Positions 28,052 through 43,207 of a DNA stretch of 64,000 bases are shown here, piece after piece. Positions within the stretch are counted from its first letter, which is position 1. Each line of letters opens with the position of its first letter. The notes beneath the pieces were generated by a model that had not been told where the DNA came from, did not search any database, and saw only the letters and a list, made by a program, of their open reading frames with translations. This DNA is from Eledone cirrhosa (lineage: Eukaryota). Both the position numbers and the translations under genes were made by a program. The stretch covers positions 413,664,001 through 413,728,000 of the forward strand of contig OZ024740.1 of the NCBI GenBank assembly GCA_964016885.1, given 5' to 3'.

Positions 28052-28927
28052 ACACCTGTCTAGTGGGTCCGGGTATGATTTTACATTCATTTAAATTGTT
28101 GACGTATTGTTTTATTGATATTTTTTATCTGTTTGTCCCGAATCTTCCTCTATCGATTTTAAATCGTATGGTTGATTGTAGACTTGTTCTATATGTGACG
28201 GTATTTTAACGATAGTTATAGCTCTGATTCATCTGAATTATTGAGCCCTCTGCCGCTCATGTCGAATCTCGTTTATCGTGAACTCGTGCGCCGATTTTTC
28301 GATACTCGATCTTTCTAATATATTTAGCTCTGGACATAGCTATCCACCAGTTAATTTTATTGCTCATTTTTTGTCGATTCTATTGAGTGATGAATAGCTT
28401 TTGTTTTATTTTAACATGTCTATTGAGCACTCTAATTCGATATGTGTATTTCCACATTCACTCGAATTGTTTTCGCGGATATAGGGGTTATCTCCCTTGT
28501 CTAATGCCATCTGCGTTTTTCACTGGTAGTTGGCTCCTCTACCGCCAGGAAAAAACTCGTTGAGAAAGTAAAACTCCGTTCCGCTTACTCTAGTAGGCTT
28601 TTATATTTATATGTGAGCTGATAGAGTACAGTCTAAGGATTTACAGAAACCCATGAAGCTAGATTTAACACCTGTCTAGTGGGTCCGGGTATGATTTTAC
28701 ATTCATTTAAATTATTGACGTATTGTTTTATTGATATTTTTTATCTGTTTCTCCCGAATCTTCCTCTATCGATTTTAAATCGTATGGTTGATTGTAGACT
28801 TGTTCTATATGTGACGGTATTTTAACGATAGTTATAGCTCTGATTCATCTGAATTATTGAGCCCTCTGCCGCTCATGTCGAATCTCGTTTATCGTGAACT
28901 CGTGCGCCGATTTTTCGATACTCGATC

Positions 28928-28938
<11 letters not shown>
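28047..28938. repeat. 1.45-copy tandem repeat, 616-bp period, between (TA)n tracts
   Basis: aacacctgtctagtgggtccggg at 28051 and 28667; near-identical copies. Confidence 0.9.
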
Positions 28939-32086
<3,148 letters not shown>

Positions 32087-32148
32087 ATATATATATACAT
32101 ATATATACACATACACATAAATACATACACACACACATACATACACAC

Positions 32149-35100
32149 GTTCTGCTGCCAGTTGCAGTAGAGTGCTTCGAGGAGTTCGGAGAACAAGTCT
32201 GGCATATTTACGTAAAGCTCGTAGGGCAGGCCATCCAAACCGGGTTACTTGCGCCTCATGCACCCGACAAGGGCGTCCTGAATTTCGGCTGAAGTAATCG
32301 GCCTTTCACAGCGCTCAGCGTCGACCGTCGAGATGCGCGGCAAGCCGTCAAGGTAGGGACTGAAATCCGCTACTCTCTCTGACTCGCCACTCTCCCTGAA
32401 CAACCGAGCAAAGTGCTGGCGAAAGGCCTCACACATCCGCTTGGAATCGCTTATCTCGTGTCCGTCTCGGTCCGCCAAAGACCGAATTGTGGTTTATTAC
32501 CATGCTGCGCCTCCGCCACGCGGGCCCATCGAACAGCTTTAGTTCCCTCGTTTCTCAGCGCACGCGCCTTAGCTCTGACAATGCAACCTTCGTGTTTGGC
32601 ATTGAAGAAATGGTCTAATGTCATTCTCGCCGCTAGCACGTCAGTTGCGATGCCTCTACAAATAGCCTCGTCTAACTTATCTACCAGCTCTCCCTCCTTT
32701 TTATTTTTCTCTAACGCTAGTTTTTTGCTGAACTCTATCGAAGTTACTCTAATCTCTCTTTTGAGAGCCCCCCACCATCTGTTGTTGATGATCCCCCCTG
32801 TCAACTTTTGCTTAACTAAATTGTTGACTCATTCCCTGTAAGCCTTACGTACCGAAAATGACATGTTCAGCTTCCAGTAACCCGGTCCTAACCTACGCGT
32901 TTTATTTAGGTCGACCGTACAGATCACAAATTTGTGATCTGAATAGGCGACTGTTTTAAAAAGTGGACAGCCCACACTATTTCTATCTATTTTCCTAATG
33001 AAGATCCTGTCTATATACGATCTAGATGACCCCATTCGATTGGTCCATGTCCATACTGGCACATTGTGGAAATCTAGTCGATACCTGTCAGACAGTTGGA
33101 ACTGGCTGAGTAGGTGCTTGAGGCTTTTGCACCCCCCGCTCCTATCGGCTACTCCCACACAATCCCAGCGTGCGTCTAAGATGCCATTCCAGTCCCCCGC
33201 TAACAGTAAAGGGCGAGACGTACCCAGAAAGGTCTCCAGGCGCCTAAAGAAGTCAGGTCGTCCGGCCCCTGTAGGGGCGTAGACGGCCAGCAGTCTAAAG
33301 GCACCACCTTCGCTACTGCTCACATCCAAGACCACCAACTTACCGTCCGGGTCCCGGAAGATCGACCTTACCTCGAGATCCAGTCCTTTCCTAAACAGCA
33401 CGGCCACTCCACCCCCATTCCCGGCCTGCTAACAGATGCGAAGATCTGATAGTCGTCGAAAATGGGGGCTAGTGCGCGCGTGTCGGAAATTCTGGTCTCG
33501 CTTACGGCAATCACATCCATTTCCAGCGACCGGAGGTCGTTGAGCAGGCGACCCTGCTTCCAGGGTGACCCCAGGCCGCGAACATTTAAACTTCCTACTC
33601 TTAATATGGCCATATTGTTAAACTAAGAGAGAGAGAGGGAAGGTTTACTTACCTCCCGGGTCTTGTGAAGGTCGGGTGGTTCGACCTCCATGGTTGGTGG
33701 GGTTTCTTTTGGGAACCCCTTTAAAAGTCTTGATGTGGGTTTCACATTCGGGGTTCCCACGTCTTGAGGAAAGCTCTCTCGAATTTCTTTGAAGGAATTG
33801 AGTGACATTCGGACCAGAAGCAAATCTTCTGGCAAAATGTGCTCATTTCAAAAATCACCCCCTCTGTTTGAATGTCCTCGCTTCGCGCTAAGAGGGCCAT
33901 CAGTTTATCGTTGGCCCTTCTGACAAGCACGAAGTTTTTAACATTTTGTTGGTGTGGTTTTATTTGTTTTCGTTTTGGTGAAGGTGGTGGCGATGGTTTT
34001 GGTGGTGTTGTTTCGGGTATGTCTATGTTTGTTGTAGGTGTGGTGTCTGCAATTTCAGGTATTTGTGTGTTTATTTGTACTTGTGTTTGTTTAGGTTGTT
34101 TGCGTTTCGGGGATTGTGGAGGTGGTGTCGATGTTGCTGTTGGTGATGATGTTATTGGGGAAGTGTTTGCGTTAGTGGTGTCTGTATTTTTTGTTGTGTG
34201 TGTTTTGTTGGGGCATCTTTTCTTTTGTGAGTTTTCTCTGTTTTTTTGCACTTTGGGGTTTTCCTTCATCTTCGCTGCTGGAAGTCAAAGGGTCTGTGTC
34301 TGTGAGTGTCTCTGTGTCTGTGTGTGCGTTTATTGTTTTGTCTACGTGTATAATTGGGGGGTAGGGGAGTGGGAGAGCTTTCCTCGTTTTCTCCTTGGAT
34401 TGGTTTTGGTGTTGGTGGTGATCCGGCTGCTTTTGATGTTGGTGTCCGTGATTTTGTTGATGTTGTTTTTGGTGGTGGTGGTGGTGCAGCTTTCCGTGCT
34501 GACACTGGCGTTGGCAACAAAGGAGGTTTGCGACCCCTTGCATTTTTGCGCTGAGGGCAGAAGGCTTGAAGATGCGTTGCTTCCCCGCAGACGAAGCAGC
34601 GTGGCCTTCTTCCGTCAATCATTAGTTGGATTGTTGTCCCGTCCTGCAGGCGGGCAAAATCCGGGATGTTATTCATATCCTCCGGTTTCATTTGGAGAAG
34701 AATCTCCAAATCCATTCCGGACCAGTCCTCTATCTCTGTCCTTTTGATGTCCAGGAGGGTAGTGTCTGTCCCCTCCTCGATTACGCATGCCAGTAGCCAC
34801 CATATGTTCATTCCTGGTGGGATGCTGGGAATGTGTACCTTCACTGTCCTTTTACCCATATAGGACGGATGCATGATAATGCGTTCCGTTCTACAGGGGT
34901 CACCGAGTGCTTAATAGCGAGGGCCTCGGTTTTGAACAGTACCGAGATGGTACCGAACTGTTTTCCTCTTGCTTTGTACTCTATGTTACTTCCGATGTAC
35001 TCCAAAGCAGCCTCTACCTCTGCTTGGGTCTCAAGTTCCACTTTTCGTGTCTCCACCGAAATACATCGAAAGAGCACCGTCCTCCTTTGCATGGCCGCTA

Positions 35101-35686
35101 TTGCCTCGTCCGGGATGGTCAGGTTTGCCCAGGACTTCTCCCGTTTAATTAGCCTCCACGCTTTGGCTAACTGTTCGTCTTTATCGCTAATATCAATATC
35201 GATATTCAGTAAGCGCTTTGTTTTTTGCTGCTGCTGCAGCAAATGTGGTGTTTCTGATGCTCTTGTTGTTGTTGTCATTCTTGCTGTTGCCACCGCCATC
35301 CTTGTTTCCATTGAAGCTGTCGGTGTTATTGTCGTTATTGCTCTGAGTTGTTGTTGTTGTGGTGGTGGTGGTGGTGGCGGTGGTGGTGATGTCGTTTACA
35401 GATGATACTGCTGCTATGGCAGAAGGTTGTGATGGTAGCTTTTGAATTTTGCCTTCACAATCAGTAGAGTGGATGACAGGCATGAGTGTAGCCGTCGTAG
35501 TCGTGGTGAAATCTGCAGTGGCTGCCTTTAAACTTTTGACCTGAAAGTTGTTTACCGTTTCAAGGTCGAAAATTTCCATAATTTTCTTTTGGTGGGGAAG
35601 CGATTTTTTTCGACGTTTTTAAAAATAAATCTGAATATTCGGGCTTAAAGCCCGAATATTGAGAGGTATCCTTCTCTTTAAATCAA
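32149..35686 (-). mobile_element. Tx1/L1-clade element, family B, 3'-truncated copy
   Basis: ORF1 33623..35579 (CFVCGEATHLQAFC) and ORF2 33613 down to 32149 (endonuclease to start of RT); near-identical to the 48050..53875 copy. Confidence 0.92.
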
Positions 35687-38600
35687 TGATTTCTTTATTC
35701 TCCACAAGGGCTGACATCAAGAAAAACATCACAGACGGAACAGGACGGTACGATGTGGGTTTTGTGCGTGTAAATATTTTTATTATTTATATAAGAAAAG
35801 AAAAAAGACATAAAACATATATATATAAACAATAAAATGAAAATTGAAACAATGAAAAATTCCCCAATAGGGGGGAAACTTCCGAGGGTTACTCGTGGCG
35901 AAAACCACACAAAAGACCACGGCCACCCTGACTACCAGGGCAAGCGCCCTCTCTCAATTTTTCCATCTCTCAAACTACAGACGTATATTCAGAGTGGTCC
36001 CGTTCACTCGGACCATTCTCGCTACATTCACCCACCTTTCAACAAACTTGCTAGAAAGCAGCACTTGCCTCTCCACCCTGATTTTCTTCTTCAAGTGAAA
36101 CTTGAGAAAATTAATTAGGGATTCGCCGAAGAGGAAAGTGTTTGTCTTTAATCCTTTTAACCTTGTCCACCACACAATCTCTTTCGCCATGGCCACCAGG
36201 CAGATGAAAACCGCCTGCCCTTCCTCTTCAAAGGAAGACGACGAGACCATCTGCACAATGGACTCAGTCGACAACCGGATCAGTCCCACACGTGACAGCA
36301 ACTGTTCGACATAGCTCCACAAATCAGCAATGCTCGGGCACTGAACGAGTGCGTGCACAACGGTTTCGTCGCTATGCGCGCATCTCGGACAGGCTCGACT
36401 GACGGCACTTCCGTGCCTGTAGAGCTTATCTCGAACCGGCAACGCTCCCCGGTAGCATTGACAGGCCAGGGATTTTTGGAAGTTATCCATAGGCCCCGGG
36501 TTGAAAGTTCTCCGGAAGAGAGCAAACAGCTGATCTGCTTCGATGCCCAGGATCTCTCCGAGAACGTCGTCGCTCTTCCCCTCCACTAGTCCTCTATAGA
36601 ACGCCGAGGTGGATGTTCCACCGATACTGGTGCTTAACTGGGAGAGGGCAGTGAGCGCCTGGAGACATTCCAGTTTCCAAGCGCTATCCCTCGGTCTTTT
36701 TCTGACCCAGGACTGCAGCTCCGTCAAGGAGACGAGCTGTGGGAAAATGTGCCTGGCGAACGGCGACCACACCTGTTCACCATCAAGGAAGCACCAGAGA
36801 TGTCGCAGCCTCAGCGCATGTTTGCGCATCATCAGCCATGGCGTGCCCAGTTCTCCACGCAACGGGTGTTGACAGCAGATGGATCGTCTGACCATGGGAG
36901 CGCGTCCCTTCCACAAAAAGCGGAAGAGGAGGCGCTCCATTTTGGTGAGAGTTGGGCTGGAGCAAGGGACGACGGTGAGGCGCTAGCAGATGACGAATGC
37001 GATGTACGCATTCGCTACTTCCGCCCGTCCTTTCAGGGACAGCTTCCTCTCAGCCCATTTTTGGGTGAGGGAGGCCACCCTGCTCGTCATCTCGTTCCAG
37101 TTTTTCTCCATCTGGAGGTCCGGTCCGAACCAGACCCTGAGCAATTTAACCGGTCCGTCCGTCCAACGCCCCACGACGCTGTCGGACGCCATGGACTTGC
37201 CTCTCCAGGTCCCTAGCTGCAAGCCCACCGACTTTTCCTGGTTTAATTTTGCTCCTGTCATCGCTTCGTATTCCTTGAGAGCGGTGCCGAGCATCTGGAC
37301 GTGTGTGGTTCTCGACACCACCACGGTGACGTCGTCAGCGTAAGTCGACTCGGATTTCCCGCATCCTAGTTCGCGTGGGACGCCCCTTATCGCCCCCAGT
37401 TTGTGCAGTAACGGCTCGAGAGCCAATACGTACAAGAGGGACGAGAGGGGACAACCCTGGCGGACTGAGCGCATGATGCTGAATGGCTGCGACAGGTGAC
37501 CGTTCACCCTCACAACTGAGAAGATGTCGCTGTACATTGCTGCGATCCAACACCTGAAAACGGGCCCGAAACCGGCTGCCTCGAGGACCGCCGCCAGGTA
37601 CCGATGGTCAACCCTATCTAATGCTTTGGATTGATCCGAGTTGATCAGGGCCCCACCCTTGCCAGGTTCCTTAACTACCCTCTCTATGATGTATCGCATG
37701 AGGTGGAGGTTGTCGTGTATGGATCTGTCCGGAATGGCGCATGTCTGCACCTCTCCCACCAGACCCTTGACGACAAGCGCCAACCTCGTTGCTAACACCT
37801 TGGCCAAAATCTTGAACTCTGCGTTTAGCAGGGTTATGGGCCTGAAATTATCAATAACATCCCCCTTGTTCGGGTCTTTTCTCAGCAGCGCCACTGCTCC
37901 CCGGCTCACAAAACTGGGAATGCTCCCGTTCTGCTGCCAATTGCAGTAGACGTCTGCCAAGAGGTCACCGAACAAGTCTGGCATTTACCTCTTGTGCAGT
38001 TAGCCATCGCTTCCCGTATTTCCCGTTAGCCATCGCTTCCCGTATTTCACCGGCTGTTATTGGCTTTTCGCAACACTGTGCTGCAGTCGTCGAGAGCCGA
38101 GGCAGTCCGTCGAGGTATGCACTGAAGTTCATGCCCCGATCCGGGCCGCCGCCGCTCCCGAACAGTTCAGCAAAGTGCTGCTGAAAAGCTTCATATATCC
38201 GCTCGGGTTCGAGCATCACGCACCCGTTTTGGTCAGACAAAGACCGAATTATTGCCACGTCGCGACTCTGCCACCCGGGCCCATTGGACGGCTTTTGTCC
38301 CCTCGTGTTTCAGAGCACGCGCTCTAGCTCTGACAACGCAGCCTTCGTGTTTTGCATTGAAGAATTGGTCGAGTACCAATCTCGCCGCAAGCACGTCGGT
38401 TGCGATGCCTGTCCTAAACGCTTCTTCTAGCTTTCTGACTAGCTCTCCCTCTACTCTATTTTCCTCTATCACTACTCCTTTGCTAAACCTAATCGACTCT
38501 ACTTTAATTGCCCTTTTCAGGGCGAACACCCACCTATTGTTGACGACCGCTCCCGTCAACGCCCGCTTAACTAATTCGCTAATCCGGTCTCTGTAGGCCT

Positions 38601-41600
38601 TGCGCGCCGGGAAAGACGCGTTCAGCTTCCAGTAACCAGGCTCTTGTCTATGAAGTCTGTCGATGTCGATCTCACAGATCACAAATTTGTGGTCTGTGTA
38701 GTCGACTATTTTAAATTGTGGACAACTTATACTAGCCTTATCTAGTTCCCTGCAGAATACCCTATCTAGATACGATCTGGATGACCCGACGCGGTTTGTC
38801 CATGTCCACATTGGCACATTCGGGTGATCCAGTCGATACCTGTCAGACAGTTCAAAACGTCTGAGCAGGTTGGTGAGGCTCTTGCACCCTCCTCCCCTAT
38901 CCACTAGCCCCACACGATCCCAGCGTGCATCCAAGATACCGTTCCAGTCGCCCACTAACACTAAAGAGCGGGACGTTCCAAGAAAGGTCTCTAGACGTCT
39001 GAAGAAATCTGGCCGTCATGTCCCTGTTGGGGCGTAGACGGCTACTAGCCTGAAAGCATTGCCTTCGCTGCCGGTCACGTCCAGCACCACCGACTTACCT
39101 TCTGGGTCCAGGAAGATGGCCCGTATCGCGAGATCCAAGCCTCTCCGAAAAACGGACGGCAACCCCTCCACCCGATCCTGGACGGCTGGGAGATGCGTAT
39201 ACATCGTAGCCGCCGAAGATCGGTGCGAAGGCCCGTGCCTCGGAGATTCTGGTTTCACTGATGGCCACCACATCTATGTTTAATGACCTGAGGTCATTGA
39301 GCAGGTGACCCTGCTTGCAAGATGACCCCAGGCCACGTGCATTTATACTGCCTATTCTGAGTACAGCCATGTTGGATGAGAAACTGGGCAAATGAGAAAG
39401 GGTCACTTACATTGTTCGTGTGGTGAAGGGACAGTAGAACCGTCCCTTTCGCTGGTCATGGGTGTTTCCAAGAGGATGTCAGTGTATATCCCCTTGGTAA
39501 CCGTCCCTCTGAAGTCTCCAACTGCGTTGGGGAATTTTTGTTTTAAAGGTTTGTATTGTTCTATTGAGATTTCGATGATGCTTATGTTTGTCGGGAGAGT
39601 TCTTTGTGTTGTTGGGGTGTAGTCATTTTTTTCCGTGATGTCTGTGTGCTGCTTTATATATTTTATGAGTTCTTTTTTTGCTATGTTTATGGCTGTGTAC
39701 TTTTGGGGGGGAGGGGTGATTTTGTTGCTGTTTTCTTCTTGTTGCTGTTTGGTGTGTGTGTCTTGTTGTGTTTGCGTTGTTGGTGTCTGTGGTGGTGTTG
39801 CTGCAAGTTTCCCTGCTTTCTTTACCCCTCTTTGTATGCCTTCGCTTTTGGAGGGTGAATCTAAGGGGTTTTTTCTTTTTTCTTTTTTGTGGCAGACTGT
39901 TTGCCACGTCACTCCCGTCTCAAACTCCATGTCGGATTCTGTGGCGTCTGGGAGGGGTATGTGCTCCACGGCTGTTGGTGGTGGTAGTGGAGCCCTCTTC
40001 GGCAATTTTGTTGCTGGTGTAGCTATTTCAAATGTAGCTATTGGTGTTGCCGCTACTGATGCTGCTGCTTTAGTTATCCGTGGCCTTGGTACGGGTGCTA
40101 CGGACGTTGTCCTCCTACACACCGTGGAAGGGGCTTCTTTGTTTGTTGCCTGTCCTGCTCTTGGTAGCAGCGGACCAGGTATTGGAAGGAGAGGGGCCCT
40201 CTTCGGTGTCTTCTGCGGGCAAAAGGCCCTGAGGTGACCTTTCGACCCACAGAGATAACATTTTGGCCGTCTTCCTTCTACACTTATAGGGAGTTGGAGT
40301 CCTTCCTCAAAGTCTATGATATCGGGGATAGCCTCGATACATTCCTGGTCAGTTTGTATAAGCATTTGCATGCCTATACCTGACCAGTTCTCTCTCCCTA
40401 TTTTTTTCTACTTGCAGCATGGTCGCCCTGTTCTCAATTCCAGCAAGGACAGACGCGGCCAGCCAAGGTATGGGCACGTCGGGTGGGACCTGGGTCACTT
40501 TGACCCTCACAATTTTCTTCCCGCAGTAGGAGGGCACCAAGACTAACTCCTCACTCTTTAGGGTTTCCAACGAGTGAGACTTTGCTTCCTGGGGTGTGGC
40601 GAAAAGTACGTCTACTGTGGCGTACTTTCTGCCTCGGGTGATGTGGGTTTTGCGTGCCCAGACGCACCCCAAGGCCTTTTGGATTTGAGCCTCCGTGGCT
40701 CTCTCCACTCGATGTGAGATTTTGCTTACGGTGCGGTAAGTCACCGTCCGTAGCTGCTGGTCCTTGAAAAAATCGGGTGGAGGTTCAGGGAAACTCTATT
40801 TGCGCTTCTTGTCACCATGGCCCTTGCGACTGCCATCTCCTCCTCTGTGACTAACACTCTCTCGATATTTCGGGCGACACCTGCAAAAGAAGTGGTCCCT
40901 TTTTCAGCAGCACCACTATTGCTGCCGCTACTGGTCTTACTGGTGGTGATGAGGTCGCTATTACAGGTATCGGTGTCATTGTTGTTCTTTTCGCTGGTAC
41001 AGTTGTTGGTGTTGTTTTCGTTGATACTATTGCTGCTGTTACTGTTATTGTGACTGTTGTTATTATTGTTGTTTTTGGTGATACTGTTCCTACTATTATT
41101 GTTGTTGTGGCTGTTGTTATCGTCATTGTTATTGTCGTTCTCGACCTTACCGCTGTTATTTTTGTTATTGTCGTTCTCAACCTTACCGCTGTTATTTTTG
41201 TTATTGTCGTTCTCGACCTTACCGCTGTTATTTTTGTTATTGTCGTTCTCGATTTTACCGCTGTTATTTTTGGTGATGTTGTTGGTGTTATTGTTGGTGT
41301 TGTTTGTGTAGAAATATTTGTTAATTTTAAATCTGTAACAATCTTGTAACAATCTTTTTTTCGTTTGTAATATTTTCGTTTATATTTACCTCCGCTGGAA
41401 CGCTGTCTTGTTGACATGCTGATAAAGTCTCCCTCTCTCTGTGTTGTCTGACAGTGCTCTCTCTCTTTGTGTTATCCATGTTGAAATTTTTCAAAAAAAA
41501 TATTTTTACACAAATACGAATACGACACCCCGTAAAGGGGTGCCGTATTATTTACTAGTGAACCCCTGTATTAGGTGGGTCACTTCTAAACATTTATCAA

Positions 41601-41692
41601 ATTTAAAACTTGAATAAAATGTTTAGAACGGTTGAAAAAGAGGTAAAACGTTGAAAAAGATTGGAGGCGATAAGAAGCGTGGCTTCACCAAC
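35687..41692 (-). mobile_element. Tx1/L1-clade element, family C, full length, decayed
   Basis: ORF1 ~39403..41479 (CYLCGSKGHLRAFC), ORF2 35975..39370 in several frames, 3' CCCTTGTGGAGAATAAAGAAATC; 5' end abuts (ATT)n. Confidence 0.93.
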
Positions 41693-41757
41693 AATAATAA
41701 TAATAATAATAAATGACCAAACGCACGTGGTAAGCAAATGCACAAAAAAAACTAAAT

Positions 41758-41856
<99 letters not shown>

Positions 41857-41965
41857 TATACACATACACACAGACATATATATATACACACACACATAAG
41901 CATACATAAAATATACAAGCACACCCCATACATATAAACACAGCAGAGACACAAAAGAGTAATAT
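41693..41965 (-). repeat. Repeat ending in (ATT)n, flanking the 5' end of Tx1-C; inverted copy at 47737..48048
   Basis: ttagttttttttgtgcatttgcttaccacgtgcgtttggt-atttattatt shared by both copies. Confidence 0.85.
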
Positions 41966-41974
41966 ACACTAATC

Positions 41975-42370
41975 AAAGGTGTTACTTTGGCCTCATATAC
42001 AACGGATTTGGTGTTACATTTGCTCTGTAATGGGCATTCATCCGGCTTTTTTCAACTGCATCCTGGATTTAGTCTCGTACGATTAGGGTTGGTGATTTTA
42101 GACTTCATAGATGGACAGCAAGAGTAACTAATTTTAACTACATTTCTATTAAATATCTTATCATATCTATGATTAGAGGCAAAATGGTTACCTAGGAGGT
42201 CAAGGAATTTTCTTCCTACATTAGATTTGACAGTTAGAGAGAAGGGGTGTGTAAACCAAATAATTTTCCCTTTCCTATTATTGTGATTAGTATTTATACC
42301 TTTATATTTTTTATTTGTCGTATGCCCTACTAGTTGAATACCCCTTCCTTCCTTTTATTTTTATTTTGTG
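41975..42370 (-). mobile_element. PLE fragment (RT thumb/linker)
   Basis: Minus translation KIIWFTHPFSLTVKSNVGRKFLDLLGNHF...KIFNRNVVKISYSC. Confidence 0.75.
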
Positions 42371-42378
42371 TGAGTATG

Positions 42379-42424
<46 letters not shown>

Positions 42425-42572
42425 CATATGTATATATGTGTATATGTATATATATATATATATATATAAGTATACATAAAATTGAAAATACATTTTTATG
42501 TATTTCTTTTATATATATATATATGTGTGTGTGTGTGTATGTTGTCGTGTATATGTGTATATAAGTGTATGC

Positions 42573-42604
<32 letters not shown>

Positions 42605-42982
42605 TTATATGTGTGCGTGTGTGTATTTATTTATGTGGTGTTGTAAACCTTTGTACTTATGTGTGTGTGTGTATATATTAGTGTGTGTGTATATATATAC
42701 ATATATGTATATATATGTGTATATATATATGTATATATATATATATATATGTATATATATTTGTATGTAGTTGGTTGTGAGTGTGTGTGTGTATGTATGG
42801 TTTTGTATGTATATGCATAATTACATACAGAGTTTTTTAATGCTTACTTTTATTGATTATTTGCGCCAGGAACTGTTGAGTGCTCTTAATCAGCTATAAA
42901 CATTTATACATTTATATTTTTTATTTGTCGTATGCCGTACTATTTGAATACCACTTCCTTCCCATTATTTTTATATTGTGTG

Positions 42983-43045
<63 letters not shown>

Positions 43046-43207
43046 GTATATGTATATATGTGTATATGTATGTATATATATATATGTATATATATGTATA
43101 CATAAAATTGAAAATAATTTTTTATGTATTTCTTTTATATATATATATGTGTGTATATGTGTGTATGTATGTATATAATTATGTATATGTGTGCATGTAT
43201 ATATATT

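Noticed and set aside
33872-35405. Long antisense ORFs opposite Tx1 ORF1/ORF2 (also 39635..40237 and 49120..49950)
   Set aside because: By-products of the A/C-rich sense strand; not conserved between families
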